Shown piece after piece: positions 16,107 through 17,944 of a stretch of 17,944 nt of DNA; the first letter of the stretch is position 1; each line of letters starts with the position of its first letter. A model generated the notes under the pieces. It had not been told where the DNA came from. It did no database searches and saw only the letters and a list, made by a program, of their open reading frames with translations. Source of the DNA: Candidatus Pampinifervens sinense (lineage in GTDB: Bacteria; Aquificota; Aquificia; Aquificales; Aquificaceae); contig JAXSPP010000011.1 in the NCBI GenBank assembly GCA_037927135.1, positions 1-17,944 of the forward strand. The letters are read 5' to 3'. The position numbers and the translations under genes were made by a program.

Positions 16107-17582
16107 TTAGCCTCCCAACACGTATTTGGTGGTCTGTTCTATGACCTTTACAAAGGGGTAAGGGTAAAGGCCCATGAGCAAGGCTAAAGCTATTATAAGC
16201 ACAAAGGAGAGGGTGTGATGGGCCTCTAGGTCCTTAAGGTGCTTCCACTTTTCAAGCCTGTATTCGGAGATCGTCTCCTCTTCAAACATGACCCTTTTGT
16301 ACATGTATAGGAAGTAGGCGGCGGACAAAACCACACCGGAGCCTGCTATGAAGGCCCACACAGGGAAGTTTTTGTAGGTGCCAAGGAAGACCAAAAACTC
16401 TGCCACAAAGCCAGCCAAGCCCGGAAAGCCTATGCCTGCAAGTCCAGCTATCATAAAGAACACGGCCAGCTTCGGTATATACCTGGCCAATCCTCCAAGG
16501 TCATCCATATGGTAGGAGTGTATACGGTCGTATATAAAGCCGGCGGACATAAAGAGGGCTGCGGAAGAAAGGCCGTGGGCTATCATCATGTATATGGCAC
16601 CGTTAAGAGCGTTGTGGTCCATGGCAAAGGTGCCAAGGGTCACTACACCCATGTGGCTTATGGAGGAGTAAGCTATGAGCCTTTTGATATGCGTTTGGGC
16701 TATGGCCATCATGGCAGTGTAAATTATGGCCACAAGGCTAAGGAAGAAGATAAGTGGTATAAATTGCTTGCTTGCCTCAGGGAAAAGAGGAAGAGAATAC
16801 CTTACAAAGCCAAAAGTGCCCATCTTCAAAAGCACGGCAGCAAGTATTACAGAGCCAGCCGTTGGAGCCTCCACGTGGGCATCGGGAAGCCATGTATGCA
16901 CTGGCCACATGGGTATCTTTACCGCAAAGCCTATGCCAAAGAGGAAGAAGGCAATGGTTTGCAAAAACATAGGATAGGAAAAGCTAAGATGGAAAAGGTA
17001 GTCAAAGGATATTTTGCCGGTCATCATATAGCCATAGACCACTATGCTGGCAAGGCCAAGAAGGAGGAAAACGCTACCAAAGAAGGTATATACGAAAAAC
17101 TTGTTGGCAGCATAGACTTTTCTTTCATGTCCCCAAAGGCCTATGATGAAATACATGGGAATGAGCATACCTTCCCAAAAGAGGTAAAAGAGGAACAGAT
17201 CCAAGGCGGAGAAAACACCCAAACATGCAGTCTCCAAAGCAAGGAAGAGAGCAAAGTAAAGGTTTGGCCTGTCCTCTATCTTCCAGGACCACAAGAAGGC
17301 AACCAAAAAGACCAAAGAGGTCATCAAAAGTAGGGATATGGCCATGCCGTCCACACCAACGTGATAAGAAATGCCAAGGGAGGGGATCCAGTCCACTTTT
17401 GTGATGTATTGGAAGCCTTTAGAATTCCAGTCAAAATTGACAAACAGATACAGGATAATAAGGAAGACTATGGAAGAGATCACTAAGGAAGCTAACTTTG
17501 AAAACTTTTCCTTTCTGACAATACCAACCGCTATGGCACCAAGGAGTGGAAGGAATATGGCAAGGTTGAGAAGGTTCTCCAT
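16107..17582 (-). CDS. nuoM: NADH-quinone oxidoreductase subunit M
   Basis: GVDG, FWEGMLIPMY, VKIPMWPVHTWLPDAHVEAPT, LLKMG, KRLIAYSSISHMG and FVAEF. GGAGG SD. Confidence 0.96.
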   Translation of the reverse strand: MENLLNLAIFLPLLGAIAVGIVRKEKFSKLASLVISSIVFLIILYLFVNFDWNSKGFQYITKVDWIPSLGISYHVGVDGMAISLLLMTSLVFLVAFLWSWKIEDRPNLYFALFLALETACLGVFSALDLFLFYLFWEGMLIPMYFIIGLWGHERKVYAANKFFVYTFFGSVFLLLGLASIVVYGYMMTGKISFDYLFHLSFSYPMFLQTIAFFLFGIGFAVKIPMWPVHTWLPDAHVEAPTAGSVILAAVLLKMGTFGFVRYSLPLFPEASKQFIPLIFFLSLVAIIYTAMMAIAQTHIKRLIAYSSISHMGVVTLGTFAMDHNALNGAIYMMIAHGLSSAALFMSAGFIYDRIHSYHMDDLGGLARYIPKLAVFFMIAGLAGIGFPGLAGFVAEFLVFLGTYKNFPVWAFIAGSGVVLSAAYFLYMYKRVMFEEETISEYRLEKWKHLKDLEAHHTLSFVLIIALALLMGLYPYPFVKVIEQTTKYVLGG

Positions 17583-17585
17583 GCT

Positions 17586-17944
17586 CTACCTCCAAAAGAT
17601 TGTTAGGAATAAAAGGGTCAAAAAGCCAACAGAAAGGAAGAGTATATACAGGTTAAGCTTGCCTGCCTGTAAGGCCTTCAAAAGACCACCCAAGGCACGC
17701 ACGCCCACATAAGAAGAGTTTACCAAACCATCTATAAGCTGTCTTTCCGCTGTGGCATACAGCACCCTTGAGTAGAAAAGATAGCCGTAAGCCAAAACCT
17801 TATGGTAAAGCCTTTCAGTGAAGAACTGTTCTTTTAGTGTTGTGTGCAAGGGCTTTAGGGCCTCATAGGCCCTCTCTGGGTCTATCAAACCCTTCACATA
17901 CACCACATAGGCTATGGCTATGCCAACAAGCCCTATGGCCACTG
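17586..17944 (-). CDS. nuoL: NADH-quinone oxidoreductase subunit L, 3' portion (partial)
   Basis: C-terminal transverse-helix region ERQLIDGLVN...LQAGKLNLY plus a final TM helix, directly upstream of nuoM. The frame is open to the window edge. Confidence 0.88.
   Translation of the reverse strand, partial: VAIGLVGIAIAYVVYVKGLIDPERAYEALKPLHTTLKEQFFTERLYHKVLAYGYLFYSRVLYATAERQLIDGLVNSSYVGVRALGGLLKALQAGKLNLYILFLSVGFLTLLFLTIFWR

Noticed and set aside
15106-17712. 274-aa + strand ORF (16509-17333) and other ORFs overlapping nuoN/nuoM
   Set aside because: Antisense or alternative-frame shadows of hydrophobic membrane-protein codons, with no motifs or RBS.

Overview
Compact, almost fully coding chromosomal segment, most likely from an Aquificaceae thermophile (Hydrogenobacter/Thermocrinis-like). 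This is an inference from AGG/AGA-ATA-CTT codon usage, E/K-rich proteins, the short MetRS, a stand-alone fliA and overlapping genes. Left to right: the 5' end of an unknown minus-strand gene with a structured leader; a lipoate-protein ligase family catalytic domain; divergent fliA; a 99-aa hypothetical; an inactive + active M16B peptidase pair; two tandem paralogous signal-peptide/coiled-coil/TM genes; sbcC, sbcD, a LOG-family gene and a small Lys-rich secreted protein in one apparent operon; tRNA-Glu(UUC); a frameshifted beta-propeller-like gene; divergent metG; bacteriohemerythrin; an MBL-fold hydrolase; nuoN, nuoM and the 3' end of nuoL. No CRISPR array, transposase, integrase or recognisable defence system was found. 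The most notable observations are regulatory or architectural: (1) both M16 subunits carry a perfect GGAGGTG Shine-Dalgarno inside their signal-peptide coding region, just before an in-frame start that would skip the signal peptide; (2) a possible cis-antisense RNA covers the RBS of the left-edge gene; (3) one tandem paralogue lies with its own consensus promoter inside an 11-bp inverted repeat; (4) there are several leaderless and bidirectional promoters; (5) a hidden out-of-frame C-terminus lies next to the tRNA. All of these are hypotheses from reading the sequence, not tested results.
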